Positions 53,162 through 62,748 of a stretch of DNA of 64,000 bases are shown piece by piece. Every line of letters begins with the position of its first letter. Position 1 is the stretch's first letter. Below the pieces are notes generated by a model. It saw only the letters and a list, made by a program, of their open reading frames with translations, did not search any database and was not told the DNA's origin. The position numbers and the translations under genes were made by a program. This DNA comes from an uncultured Actinomycetes bacterium. Lineage in GTDB: Bacteria > Actinomycetota > Acidimicrobiia > Spongiisociales > DATADW01. Where the stretch lies: positions 139,094 through 203,093 of the forward strand of contig CAWGRK010000001.1 in NCBI GenBank assembly GCA_963824995.1. Reading direction: 5' to 3'.

Positions 53162-54359
53162 ACAGCTCGAGAAGTCGCTGTGCAGTCGCCTCCCAGGAGA
53201 ACCGCTGGGACACCTCGACCGCACCCTTGGAGAGCCGGCTGGCCAGTTCGTGGTCGGTGAGCAACTCGACGACGTGCTCTGCGTACTGGTCGGGGTCCCA
53301 GCCCCCGACGAGATAACCGGACTCGCCGTCCTCGACGGCATAAGCGAGACCGCCGGCGCCGGAGGCGACCACCGGTATCCCACAAGCCTGCGCCTCGGCC
53401 GCCACCAGACCGAATGTCTCGCTGCGCGACGGGAAAAGGAGAACATCGGCGGCCTGGTAAACGGCGGCGAGGTCGTGGTGCGGCACTGGCTCCCACCACT
53501 CGACCACATCGTCCAAGCCGAGATCGGCCACCCTCTTCTGCAGCCGTCCCACCTCGGTGGCGCCCTCCTCGCCGCTCGGGCCGCCGACGACGAGCATCCG
53601 CGCATTGGGTACCGCCCGGCGAACCCGGTCGAAAGCGTCGATGGCCACGTCGAGTCCCTTGAGCGGTTGGATGCGACCGACGAAGAGGACCGTCGGCTGG
53701 TCGGGCAGACCGAGACGCTGCCTGGCGGCGGTCCGGTCACCTGGACAGAAGCGGTCGTGGTCGATACCAGGTGGGGATGTGCAAAGCCGTCCCGGGTCGG
53801 CGCCGTAGTGGAGCATCAGGTCCTCCGCCTCGAACGGGGTGGAGGCGATGACGCAATCGGACAGAGCGATGACCTCGTGCTCGGCGGCGATGCGGAGGAG
53901 GCTCTCTGGCGGCTGGTCTGCTCGCCTGGCCGCATCCTTGACCCGCCCGAGAGTGTGGAACGAGTTGGCCAGCGGGATGTCGAGCTCGCGCTTCACGAGG
54001 ATGCCGGCCCAGCCGGAAAGCCAGTAGTGCGAGTGGACCAGGTCGTAGCTCACCCCGGCGGCCTCCGCCCAGGAGACCGCGGCCGCAGCGAACTCGCCCA
54101 CCAGCCCGGACTGGTCGGCGGTGGACAGCGGCTCGGCGGGACCGGCGTCGATGTGGATCACCCGATATCCGGAGTCGGTCTCGACGACCGCGGGCACCGC
54201 CGGATCGGTGCGCCTGGTGAACACGTCCACCCCGACGCCTCTCCCGACCATGGTTGCCGAAAGCTCGTCGATGTAGACGTTCATCCCGCCGGCGTCGCCG
54301 CGACCGGGGACGAGCAGCGGCGAGGTGTGCATCGACATGTAGGCGACGCGTTCGATCAT
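53142..54359 (-). CDS. mshA: D-inositol-3-phosphate glycosyltransferase (mycothiol synthesis)
   Basis: HTSPL..PG.GDAGGMNVY, HSHYWLSG, FVGRIQPLKG and SETFGLVAAEAQACG. Confidence 0.88.
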   Translation of the reverse strand: MIERVAYMSMHTSPLLVPGRGDAGGMNVYIDELSATMVGRGVGVDVFTRRTDPAVPAVVETDSGYRVIHIDAGPAEPLSTADQSGLVGEFAAAAVSWAEAAGVSYDLVHSHYWLSGWAGILVKRELDIPLANSFHTLGRVKDAARRADQPPESLLRIAAEHEVIALSDCVIASTPFEAEDLMLHYGADPGRLCTSPPGIDHDRFCPGDRTAARQRLGLPDQPTVLFVGRIQPLKGLDVAIDAFDRVRRAVPNARMLVVGGPSGEEGATEVGRLQKRVADLGLDDVVEWWEPVPHHDLAAVYQAADVLLFPSRSETFGLVAAEAQACGIPVVASGAGGLAYAVEDGESGYLVGGWDPDQYAEHVVELLTDHELASRLSKGAVEVSQRFSWEATAQRLLELYAGITA

Positions 54360-55276
54360 CGGGTCGCACGCAGTTCATAGAGAGGACGGGGCTCGGCTCC
54401 CAGCCGGAACTTGTACGCCTCATTCCCCTTGAGGAAGTCGAACACCGACTTGCCGTCCTCGATCGCTCGGTGGACGAGACACCACAACAGCATCACCCCA
54501 GGTGAGGCAGCAGCATCGTCGGGCTCGTACGCCGAGTTGTACAGGTAGTAAGCGTCGTCGTCCTCGAAGGAGAAGGCGGCCGCCACCGGCCGATCGGTGG
54601 CGCTGAGAAGGTCCACCTGGAAACCGGCATCGGCCAGATCTCCGAAGAACTCTGTCATCGAGTCGTCCAGAAAACTGCCCTTGGCCCCCGCAGCGCGTCG
54701 GTGAAGCTCTACGAACGAGTCAAACCACGGGCCCCTGCCGCGGTGGCTCTCCAGAGTCGCCGGGCCGAACGCCGCTTCGAACCTCCGCACCTTGCGCCGC
54801 AACTCGTGTCGCTCCTTCTTCCCCAGTTGCCCCAGCCAGGTGTCGGGGTCGCCAGGCAGCGAGAGCACCGCAGCGACGGTGTGCATGGCTGGCTCCGAAT
54901 CCATCCCCACCTCGGCCATGGCCTTGGAGAGGGGGGCGGCAGCCTCCTCGGGCAGCGAGTCGAACACAGCCTCTGTCCCGGGGTGCAGCTCGTCTAGCGC
55001 CGCCGCCATTGCCGTGGTGACAGCCGTCTGCTCGCCCAGTGGACTGCGGTAATCGACCAGGTCAGGATGACCGACGAAGCTCACCAAGGACCGTCCCTCA
55101 TCGAAGCGGAGTGGGATCAGCGCATCTTCAACCTGGACCGGCATGGCGACGTCGCTGGACTGGCGTCTCCGCCACACGGCTTCGATGAAAGGTCGGTGAG
55201 GAAAGGGGCCCACGTGGCCGGCTATGGGAGGCAGGGAGAAGCCGGGACAGTCCCAGGGTGTTGTCTCGTCCTTCAT
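54356..55276 (-). CDS. GNAT acetyltransferase (CelD/BcsL-like)
   Basis: KERHELRRKVRR, YLYNSAY, SPGVML and FDFLKGNEAYKFRLG. Confidence 0.85.
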   Translation of the reverse strand: MKDETTPWDCPGFSLPPIAGHVGPFPHRPFIEAVWRRRQSSDVAMPVQVEDALIPLRFDEGRSLVSFVGHPDLVDYRSPLGEQTAVTTAMAAALDELHPGTEAVFDSLPEEAAAPLSKAMAEVGMDSEPAMHTVAAVLSLPGDPDTWLGQLGKKERHELRRKVRRFEAAFGPATLESHRGRGPWFDSFVELHRRAAGAKGSFLDDSMTEFFGDLADAGFQVDLLSATDRPVAAAFSFEDDDAYYLYNSAYEPDDAAASPGVMLLWCLVHRAIEDGKSVFDFLKGNEAYKFRLGAEPRPLYELRATR

Positions 55277-55407
55277 CGGTTGACCCTCGCTCGGCGGTTG
55301 GACGGAGACCCCCACCGCTCACGCTAGAGCGAAGCCCGTCACTAGCGGAAAACCGCTGTTCAAGCCAGGCAAACTCGGAACCGGCCTGGAGCATTCCCGG
55401 CCGAGGC

Positions 55408-55933
55408 TCAGCTGAGCTGGGCTCCCGACCGGTAGCGGACGGCGAGCTCCTCGTGGAGGGCGTCGATCACGGCATGGAGTCGGTGACGCTGTTCTGACAC
55501 CTCCCGCTCCGCCTCTTCGAGTTCGGCGACAGTTTGGCGTCAGCTCCTTTTCGCCTACTTCGCCAAGCCGGGCGATCACATCATCGGCCAATAGCCGGTC
55601 GAGGTGCCTGCGTCGTTCCTCGGGCATATCGGGGTCGGGCTGAATCCCCTGCCGGGCAGGACGGCCGCTGTGTCGATCGCCACCGAGGATGTCGGGGAGG
55701 GCCTCCAAGAGGGTCCTCTCCTCGCGGCCGGCACGGCGCTCCAGCTCGAAAGCGAGGAGATCTCGCCTCCCTTGGAGCAGTCTCCGCTCGTAGCTGAGGA
55801 GGTTCTCCTCCTGCTCGGCGAGTTCGCGCCTCTGCCTCAGCTCTTCTAGGTCCACCGACCCGAGATCGGCGACGAATTCGTCATCCAAAGCCCGGTCGAG
55901 GCTGCGTCGTGATCGCTCATCCATGTCGCTCAT
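55408..55933 (-). CDS. rsiG: RsiG/AmfC-family c-di-GMP-binding anti-sigma factor (frameshift near 55535)
   Basis: ENLLSYERRLLQGRRD; after the frameshift, EREVSEQRHRLHAVID...ELAVRYRSG. Confidence 0.75.
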
Positions 55934-57038
55934 CCACAGGCTCGCTTCAACGTAGGGTAAGGGTTGACCGCGCCATTGCGGACGCCGCTCGGGTGGATCT
56001 CGAAATGGACGTGGGGAGCGCCACCAGCAGCGTTCCCGGTGTTGCCGTTGTACCCGATCACCTGTCCGGTGCCCACCCGGCCTCCGTTGCCGACCCCGCC
56101 GGCATATCCCGACAAGTGGGCGTAGTAGTAGGCGGTGCCGCTGTCCGACTGGAGCCAGATCGAGATCCCACCCAGCGAGCTGACCGAGAGATAGGCGGTC
56201 CCGTTGCTGACCGCCATCACGGGTTGTCCATAAGGAGCCATCACGTCGGTGCCCTTGTGGCTGCGGCCCCCGGACCTGGGTGCCCCCCAGCTGTCGATGA
56301 ACGAAACCGCCGCAGGTGCCATGGGGCAGATGAATCCCGGCGTACCTGCCTCGCCGATCCCCCCGAACCGCCCGAGCGGCGGGCGGCCTCCTCGGCCTCG
56401 CGGCGGGCCTTTTCCGCCTGATAGGCGGCGTAGAGCTCTTTGCAGTCGCCGGCCAGTTGCTCGTAGCTGGCGAGATGATCGGCGGCGGCGGATTCGAGCG
56501 CTGCTGCGTTGTCGGCGGCCGCCTCCGTCTTGGCGGTGAGCTCCGCCCGGGTCAGCGAGAGCTCGCTGCGCAGCCGCTCCAGTTCGGCGCGGAGCGCGGT
56601 CAGGTCGTCGAGCGAGGAGATGTCCACCTCGGTGACGGTCTCGAGGAACTCCTGGCCGGTCACCAACTCGTCCACAGAGCCGGCGGTGAAGACCATCTGG
56701 TTCATGCCGCCGCCGCCGTTCATGTACATCTCGACGGCCTGCTCGGCCACCTGCTCCTCCAACTGGGCTAGCTCGCCCTGCTGATCCTCGAGAATTGCGG
56801 AGAGGCTCTGCTCTCTGGTGGAGACGGCGTCCAACTCGACAGTCAACTCTTCCCATTCCCGGGTGGCTTCGTCGAGGCGCGCCCTAGCTGCGACGAGCGC
56901 GTCGAGCGCGGCATCCTGCTGTGCGCAGGCGCGCTCTACGTCCTCCTCTGTGATCGGCCATGCGGGCACTGCCGACGCCACCAACCATCCGGTGACACCG
57001 AGCGCCAGCCCGATCCGCACCCACCGGGAGAGGCGCAT
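55930..57038 (-). CDS. Secreted coiled-coil M23 peptidoglycan endopeptidase (frameshift near 56350)
   Basis: Signal peptide; coiled coil; HKGTD, YYAHL and PHVHFEIHP. Confidence 0.9.
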
Positions 57039-57089
57039 GACCTTTCAGGGTAGCCATAAGCGGATTGCCTATGCCTTGCCGACCGGGGC

Positions 57090-58082
57090 TCAACCGAGAA
57101 CGAGGCGGAGCACGCTGAAGTAGAGCGCGGCGGCCACGAACGCCCCGTCGTATGAGGTGAGCGTGCCGGGTGCCCGCTCGGTGAGGATGACACTGCCGTT
57201 GCGGACCATCGATCCGAGCGCCCTCCCGGCGATGGTGCCGGCAGCTACCGCCACCGAGGCGAGAAGCATCGCCGCCACCCCGAAGTCCCAGATGAACGAC
57301 CCACCAACGCCTGCGAGCAGGACAGCCACAGTCCCCACGGTGAAGGGGTCGAATCTCGACCCGGGGAGGAACCGCATCACCGCCCAGGCGAGGAGCGCCC
57401 CGGCTGTGACCATGAGCAGGAAGGCGAGGATCAGGTCCGATCCATCGCCTCTCGCCCTCACCAGATACATCGAAGCCACGGCCAAACCGGAGACGAGACC
57501 GACCACGGCGGTAGAGGTCACCGACTCCAGATCGCGGGGTCCGGGGCGGAGCACCGCCCAGGCGAGGACGGCGATGACGGCGAATCCCGCGGTGACCCCG
57601 AGTCCGGCGATCCCGAGCATGTGTGCACCCACGATCCCGGCGACGATGCTCGCCAGTAGCGGCGGGAGCGCCAGTCCGACGCCGGCGATGGCGCCTTCGC
57701 GTTTGAGATCGAGCACCCAGACGGCTGAAACGCCGACCAGTGCGGCAGCGAATGCGGGCTGACCGATTAGGTTGCCCGCCACCAGTGCGGCGAGTCCGAC
57801 GAGCGCCACCACCGCTTGCGCCGAGCCGAGCGAGACAACCGCCTGGGCGCCACCGGAAACCGCCGGGATCACCGCCACCTCGTCACCGTCGGCGAGCGGA
57901 TGGTCGGACTCGGCGGGGTCACCGTTGACCCAGACCGCCGACCTGGCCACACCTCTCCTGAAATCCTCACCGAATCGATCGGAGGCCAGGTCGAGCAGTT
58001 CTCCCACCGTGGCGGCGTCGGCTTCGAGCCGCGACTGCCCAGCGGCCTCGCGCAAACCGGCGAACAACAGGAGTCGCGCCAT
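57090..58082 (-). CDS. MoaD/ThiS ubiquitin-like domain fused to a multi-pass membrane domain
   Basis: LFAGLREAAG...VNG...LADGDEVAVIPAVSGG followed in frame by about 250 hydrophobic residues. Confidence 0.75.
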   Translation of the reverse strand: MARLLLFAGLREAAGQSRLEADAATVGELLDLASDRFGEDFRRGVARSAVWVNGDPAESDHPLADGDEVAVIPAVSGGAQAVVSLGSAQAVVALVGLAALVAGNLIGQPAFAAALVGVSAVWVLDLKREGAIAGVGLALPPLLASIVAGIVGAHMLGIAGLGVTAGFAVIAVLAWAVLRPGPRDLESVTSTAVVGLVSGLAVASMYLVRARGDGSDLILAFLLMVTAGALLAWAVMRFLPGSRFDPFTVGTVAVLLAGVGGSFIWDFGVAAMLLASVAVAAGTIAGRALGSMVRNGSVILTERAPGTLTSYDGAFVAAALYFSVLRLVLG

Positions 58083-58123
58083 CGGTTGGAGGGTAACGGG
58101 TGGCCGCCCGGCCACCGCCGATG

Positions 58124-58642
58124 TCAGCCGGGTGTGGTGCCTCCCCCGGCGGGCTTGGCCGCGCCCTCGATCCGCTCATCGACCTGACGGAGCGTGTCGT
58201 CGTCGGGCAACTCTCCGTTCGGCGTCAGGGCATCGACCATCCCGGGGATGACCTTGGCCAAGCCGTCCTCGACCTCCTGGCGCGAATGCCCTGTTTCGCT
58301 GGCGATCTCGTCGATCGCCTCGGTGCCGAGAGCCTTCTCGACGGTGGCGGCGTCTATCGGTTGATTCTCGCCGGTGGAGACCCACGACGCCGCCTGCTCC
58401 TCGGCCCCCGCTCCCTTGAACTTGTCGAGCATTCCGCCGAGGGCCCCGCTGCCGGCCGCGCCGCCGAGTAAACCCCCGAGGACGCCGCCAAGTCCTCCTC
58501 CCATCGCCTTGCCGGCGAAGACGCCGAGCATGGTCGTGGCCGTGGGGCCGATCCAGTCGGGCAGATCGATCTGCTCGTCCCCGCTCTTGCCAAAGATCTT
58601 GTTGAGCCCCTGCTCGATGCTGTCGGTGACGTTCTCTGCCAT
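58124..58642 (-). CDS. YidB (DUF937) family protein
   Basis: SWVSTGENQPI and PGMVDALTPNGELP. Confidence 0.85.
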   Translation of the reverse strand: MAENVTDSIEQGLNKIFGKSGDEQIDLPDWIGPTATTMLGVFAGKAMGGGLGGVLGGLLGGAAGSGALGGMLDKFKGAGAEEQAASWVSTGENQPIDAATVEKALGTEAIDEIASETGHSRQEVEDGLAKVIPGMVDALTPNGELPDDDTLRQVDERIEGAAKPAGGGTTPG

Positions 58643-58718
58643 GGTTCCTCCTCGTTGGATGGCACCACAGAACGTACTCCCGATCGGCGAAGCCAAATGA
58701 CGGTCTAGCTTCCGAGCG

Positions 58719-58934
58719 ATGATCACCAAGACCATCCGATTGTCGGGGTCATCGCCCACCTCCTTCGAGGATGCCATCGAGGCTGTCCTGGCCAGAGCGG
58801 CGCTCACCATCGACGCCATCGAGTCCTTTCAGGTAGTGGAGATGGGTGGGACGGTTGACGAGTCGGGGGCACCTGCCGCCTTCCGGGTGAGCATCGACGT
58901 CAACTTCGTGGTCAAGGAGAGCGTCCACGGGTGA
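58719..58934 (+). CDS. Dodecin family protein
   Basis: KTIRLSGSSPTSFEDAI...A..TI; 71 aa. Confidence 0.85.
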   Translation: MITKTIRLSGSSPTSFEDAIEAVLARAALTIDAIESFQVVEMGGTVDESGAPAAFRVSIDVNFVVKESVHG

Positions 58935-59911
58935 GCGGCGACGGCCCTCGGCCGCTCGGCCACGGCATCAACGTCATCCCGGTCCCGCTCCCTTTCCCCG
59001 GGCTGCCCTGGGTCAACTCCTACGTCATCGAGGGTGACGACGACATCACGATGATCGATTGCGGCGTAGACACTCCCGTGGGTCTAGCCGCCATCTCCGC
59101 CGGGTTGTCGGCTCTCGGCCTGGGCGACGCCCCGGTCGGGCGCCTGGTCGGCACTCATCTCCACCTCGACCACGTCGGCGTGGCACCCCGTCTCGTCGCC
59201 GACGACGGGTGGCGACTGGTGATGCACCAGAGGGTGCCGTCTTTGATCGATCGGTACAACGACCCGGCCCGGTTCGTTAGTGAGACGGCGGCGATGGCCG
59301 CAAGGCACGGCGCTCCGCCGGACGAGGTAGCCGAACTGGCGACGATGGACCCCGTCCCGGACTATTTCCTCCCCGCCGAGCCGCCTGCCGAGACGGTGGT
59401 GGACGGCGACAGGATCCCCATAGGCGCCGGCCGTTACCTCGAGGTGATCCACACCCCGGGCCACGAGGCGGCACATATCTGTCTACGCGACTCACGCACC
59501 GGCGTGCTCTTCGCCGGTGACCACCTTCTCCCCCGGATCACCCCGGTGATCATGTGGCGCGACGAAGACGACGATCCTCTGGGCGACTACCTGGACGGAC
59601 TCGACCGGCTCGTCGGAATCGACGCCGGGCTCACCTACCCCGCCCACGGCGTCGCCATCGACCGCGGCGCCGCCCGCGCCGCTCAGATCAGAGCGCACCA
59701 CCGGCGCAGGCTCGACGATGCCGCCGAGCTGCTCGCCGCGGGACCGATGACGGCATGGACCGTGATGGGGAGGCTGTTCCGACCTCATCTCATCGCCTTC
59801 GAGAAGCGCCTGGCTCTGCGCGAGACGCTCTCGCACTTGGAGCATCTCTGCCGGGTGGGACGAGTCGAGTCGTTCACCGAGAATGGGGTCATCTGGTATC
59901 GACGGGTCTGA
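58931..59911 (+). CDS. MBL-fold metallo-hydrolase with a C-terminal winged helix
   Basis: THLHLDH, TPGH, GDHLLPRITP and PAHG. Confidence 0.88.
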   Translation: MSGDGPRPLGHGINVIPVPLPFPGLPWVNSYVIEGDDDITMIDCGVDTPVGLAAISAGLSALGLGDAPVGRLVGTHLHLDHVGVAPRLVADDGWRLVMHQRVPSLIDRYNDPARFVSETAAMAARHGAPPDEVAELATMDPVPDYFLPAEPPAETVVDGDRIPIGAGRYLEVIHTPGHEAAHICLRDSRTGVLFAGDHLLPRITPVIMWRDEDDDPLGDYLDGLDRLVGIDAGLTYPAHGVAIDRGAARAAQIRAHHRRRLDDAAELLAAGPMTAWTVMGRLFRPHLIAFEKRLALRETLSHLEHLCRVGRVESFTENGVIWYRRV

Positions 59912-59967
59912 AGAACCGTTTTGGCGTCAGGAAACGCGGTCATGGTGCGCTGGGTGACGCCAAAGGT

Positions 59968-61082
59968 CTAGCCGAGCGTCTCGAGGACTCCGCCGATGAC
60001 CCGCTCCCTGTCGGCCGCAGAGAGGTTGGATCCACTCGGCAGACAAAGCCCCTGTTCGAAGAGGCGAGCGGAAACCGACCCACCGAACACCCGGCACGCC
60101 GCGTAATACGGCTGGAGGTGCATCGGCTTCCACACCGGCCGGGACTCGATGTCCATGCTCTCCAAGTGGAGACGCACCTTCTCGCGGTCGACGCCGGTGA
60201 CCGCCGGGTCGATGGTGATGCAGGTCAGCCAGAAGATGGAGCGGCAGCCGGGGGCCTCTGGCATCAACTCGACCCCATCGAGACCGCCGAGGGCCTCCAG
60301 GTAGGCGGCGCGATGACCTCGACGGACCTCGATGCGACGATCAAGATCGGCCAACTGGCACCGCCCGAGGGCGGCGAGCAGGTTCGACATCCGGTAGTTG
60401 AACCCCAACTCCGAGTGCTGGTAGTGCGGCGCCGGGTCGCGCGCCTGGGTGGCGAGGAATCTGGCGTGGGTCAGCCCAATCCTCGGGATCGGTGACCAGC
60501 GCGCCGCCGCCGCTGGTGGTGATGATCTTGTTGCCGTTGAACGAAAGCGCCGCCGCCGCCCCGAAGCTCCCCGCCGGGCGTCCCCGATAGGTGGAGCCGA
60601 GTGCCTCGGCGGCATCCTCGATGAGCGTGACGCCGGCGTCCTCCAGAGCGGGGACGATCCGGTCGTAGTCGGCGCACTGCCCGTACAGATCGACGACCAG
60701 GGCAGCGGCAGTACCCGGCCATCGGGTCGAGCGCTTCGGCCAGGAGATCGGGGTCCATGTTCCAACTGGCGGTCTCCGCGTCGACGAACACCGGTTCGGC
60801 GCCGACGTAGCGCACCGCGTTGGCGGTGGCGGCGAAGGTGAGGTCGGAGACGAGCACCCTGTCCCCGGGAGCAACCCCGGCCTCGATCAGGGCCAGGTGG
60901 AGCGCCGCGGTGCCGCTGGAGAGCGCCACCCCGTGACTCCTCCCGGTGACCGCCGCCAACTCCCGCTCGAACCCGTCCACCTCGGGACCGAGCGGTGCCA
61001 CCCATCCGCTGTCGAGCGCGGCGAGCAACCTCTCGGTATCGGCAGGGCCGACGTCGGGTGGGGAGAGGTAGATCCGGGACAT
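59968..61082 (-). CDS. DegT/DnrJ/EryC1/StrS PLP aminotransferase (frameshifts near 60715 and 60475)
   Basis: SSGTAALHLAL, IEDAAEALG, SFNGNKIITTSGGG, GFNYRMSN and GLCLPSG. Confidence 0.92.
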
Positions 61083-61143
61083 GGGTGTATCAGGTTGGCA
61101 GCTTCGCCCGGTCGCCGGCCAGCCCGGGGGTAGCTTCTGCCCG

Positions 61144-62658
61144 ATGGGGTCGTTGCCCGATCGGGTCGTGGTCGCCGTCACGCCACCGACCGTCGGCGAT
61201 GTCGTGGCGGTGGCGGCCGGTGCCGGCGTCGAGATCGCTCCCGAGGCGATGGAGAGAATCCGAGCCAGCCGAGCCGTTCTCGAGCAGGTGCTGGCCAGCG
61301 GACAGCCGGTCTACGGAGTGACCAGTGGCGTCGGGCACGAGCGAGATACGCCGGTCCAGGCAGGCAGCCCCATGGCGTCCGAATCGATGCTGCTCTTCAT
61401 TCATGCCGCGGCGATCGGGCCTCCGCTTCCTCCGCCCTGGGTGCGTGCCACGATGTTCGCCCGGATCGCCGGGATGGCGGTGGGCGGTGCCGGTGTCTCA
61501 CCAGGTGTCGTCGAGACCCTGGTTGCGATGCTCGACCGAGGGGTCCACCCCGTGGTCCCTTCGGCGGGATCGGTGGGGGCCGGCGATCTCGGTCAGCTGG
61601 CGGCCGTCGGGCTGGTGGCGATCGGGGTCGGCCGTGCCGAGCTCGATGGGGAGGAGATGGATGCGGCCGAAGCGCTGAGAAGGGCCGGGATCGACCCGGC
61701 CGAGCTCGGACCGAAGGACGGGCTAGCGCTGATGTCGGCCAATTCCGTGTCCATAGGGGCGGGCGCGCTCGCCATCGACCATGCCGATGCGACGCTCCGC
61801 CTCGCCGACCTGGCCGCGGCGGCATCGATGGAGGCGTACACCGCCAACCCCGAGCTGGCGAATGCGATCGCGGCTTCGGCCAAGCCGGTGCCCGGGCAGG
61901 TCGAGACGGCGAGCCGGCTCCGCCGGCTCCTGGCCGGTACTGAGTTGGGAGGCGATGCGGTGTCGCTCCAGGACCCGCTCTCGTTCCGGGTCGTTCCCCA
62001 GGTCCACGGCGCGGTGCGCGCCATCCTCGAATCGGTGCGGACCGCAGTCGAAACCGAGCTTGGGGGTCGCAACGACAACCCCCTGGTCGCCGTCGAGGAG
62101 CGTGTGGTGGTTCAGTCGGCCAACTTCCACCCCATGCTGATGGCGCTCGGGTTCGATGCGCTCCGGCCCGGGTTGATCCACGTCGGTGCGATCAGCGAGC
62201 GGCGGATGAGCCATTTGTGGGAACGGGTATTCGCCGGAGGCACACCCGACGCGGGGATGTTGGCCTCGATCTCGGGCGGACCGGGGTTGTGGTACGCGGC
62301 GGCGGCGAGGTTCTCGGAGCTTCGGCCGCTGGCCGCTCCGGCAAGCCTCGCCGTCCCCCCACTCGACCTGAACCACGAGGACCATGCCACCGCCGCCCCG
62401 GCCACGGTCGCCGCCACGCACCGGGCGCTCAACCTTCTCGATGACATCCTGGTATGCGAGTTGATCTTCGCCCGCGACGTGATCGTGGCAGCGGGCGACC
62501 GCCGGGTGGATGCACTCGGCTCAGGGGTGCGAGCGGCAATTGGGCAGATCGAGTCCGTCCTGCGGACGATTCCCCGACCGTGGTCACCGGCCGCGGTCCA
62601 CGCTGCGGTGTCAGCGGCGAGCAGCGACATCGTCGCAGTGGCCGATTCAGCCGGGTAG
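61144..62658 (+). CDS. Aromatic amino acid ammonia-lyase family protein without the ASG (MIO) triad
   Basis: VYGVTSGVG, GSVGAGDL, PKDGLALMSAN, QDPLSFRVVPQVHG, DNP, ANFH and EDH. Confidence 0.85.
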   Translation: MGSLPDRVVVAVTPPTVGDVVAVAAGAGVEIAPEAMERIRASRAVLEQVLASGQPVYGVTSGVGHERDTPVQAGSPMASESMLLFIHAAAIGPPLPPPWVRATMFARIAGMAVGGAGVSPGVVETLVAMLDRGVHPVVPSAGSVGAGDLGQLAAVGLVAIGVGRAELDGEEMDAAEALRRAGIDPAELGPKDGLALMSANSVSIGAGALAIDHADATLRLADLAAAASMEAYTANPELANAIAASAKPVPGQVETASRLRRLLAGTELGGDAVSLQDPLSFRVVPQVHGAVRAILESVRTAVETELGGRNDNPLVAVEERVVVQSANFHPMLMALGFDALRPGLIHVGAISERRMSHLWERVFAGGTPDAGMLASISGGPGLWYAAAARFSELRPLAAPASLAVPPLDLNHEDHATAAPATVAATHRALNLLDDILVCELIFARDVIVAAGDRRVDALGSGVRAAIGQIESVLRTIPRPWSPAAVHAAVSAASSDIVAVADSAG

Positions 62659-62748
62659 GGAGTTGCTCAAACGGCGGGTCGCTTGCGGCCGGGTCGCCAT
62701 GTAGTGGCCGCTGAACTCCTCGGAGCCTGCTGCCGTCCGCCGTCTCTC

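Noticed and set aside
50976..54380. Long alternative ORFs (for example 50976..52760, 52794..54380, also 27984..29234)
   Set aside because: These are shadow or antisense frames of real genes, Arg/Pro-rich and typical of high-GC DNA.
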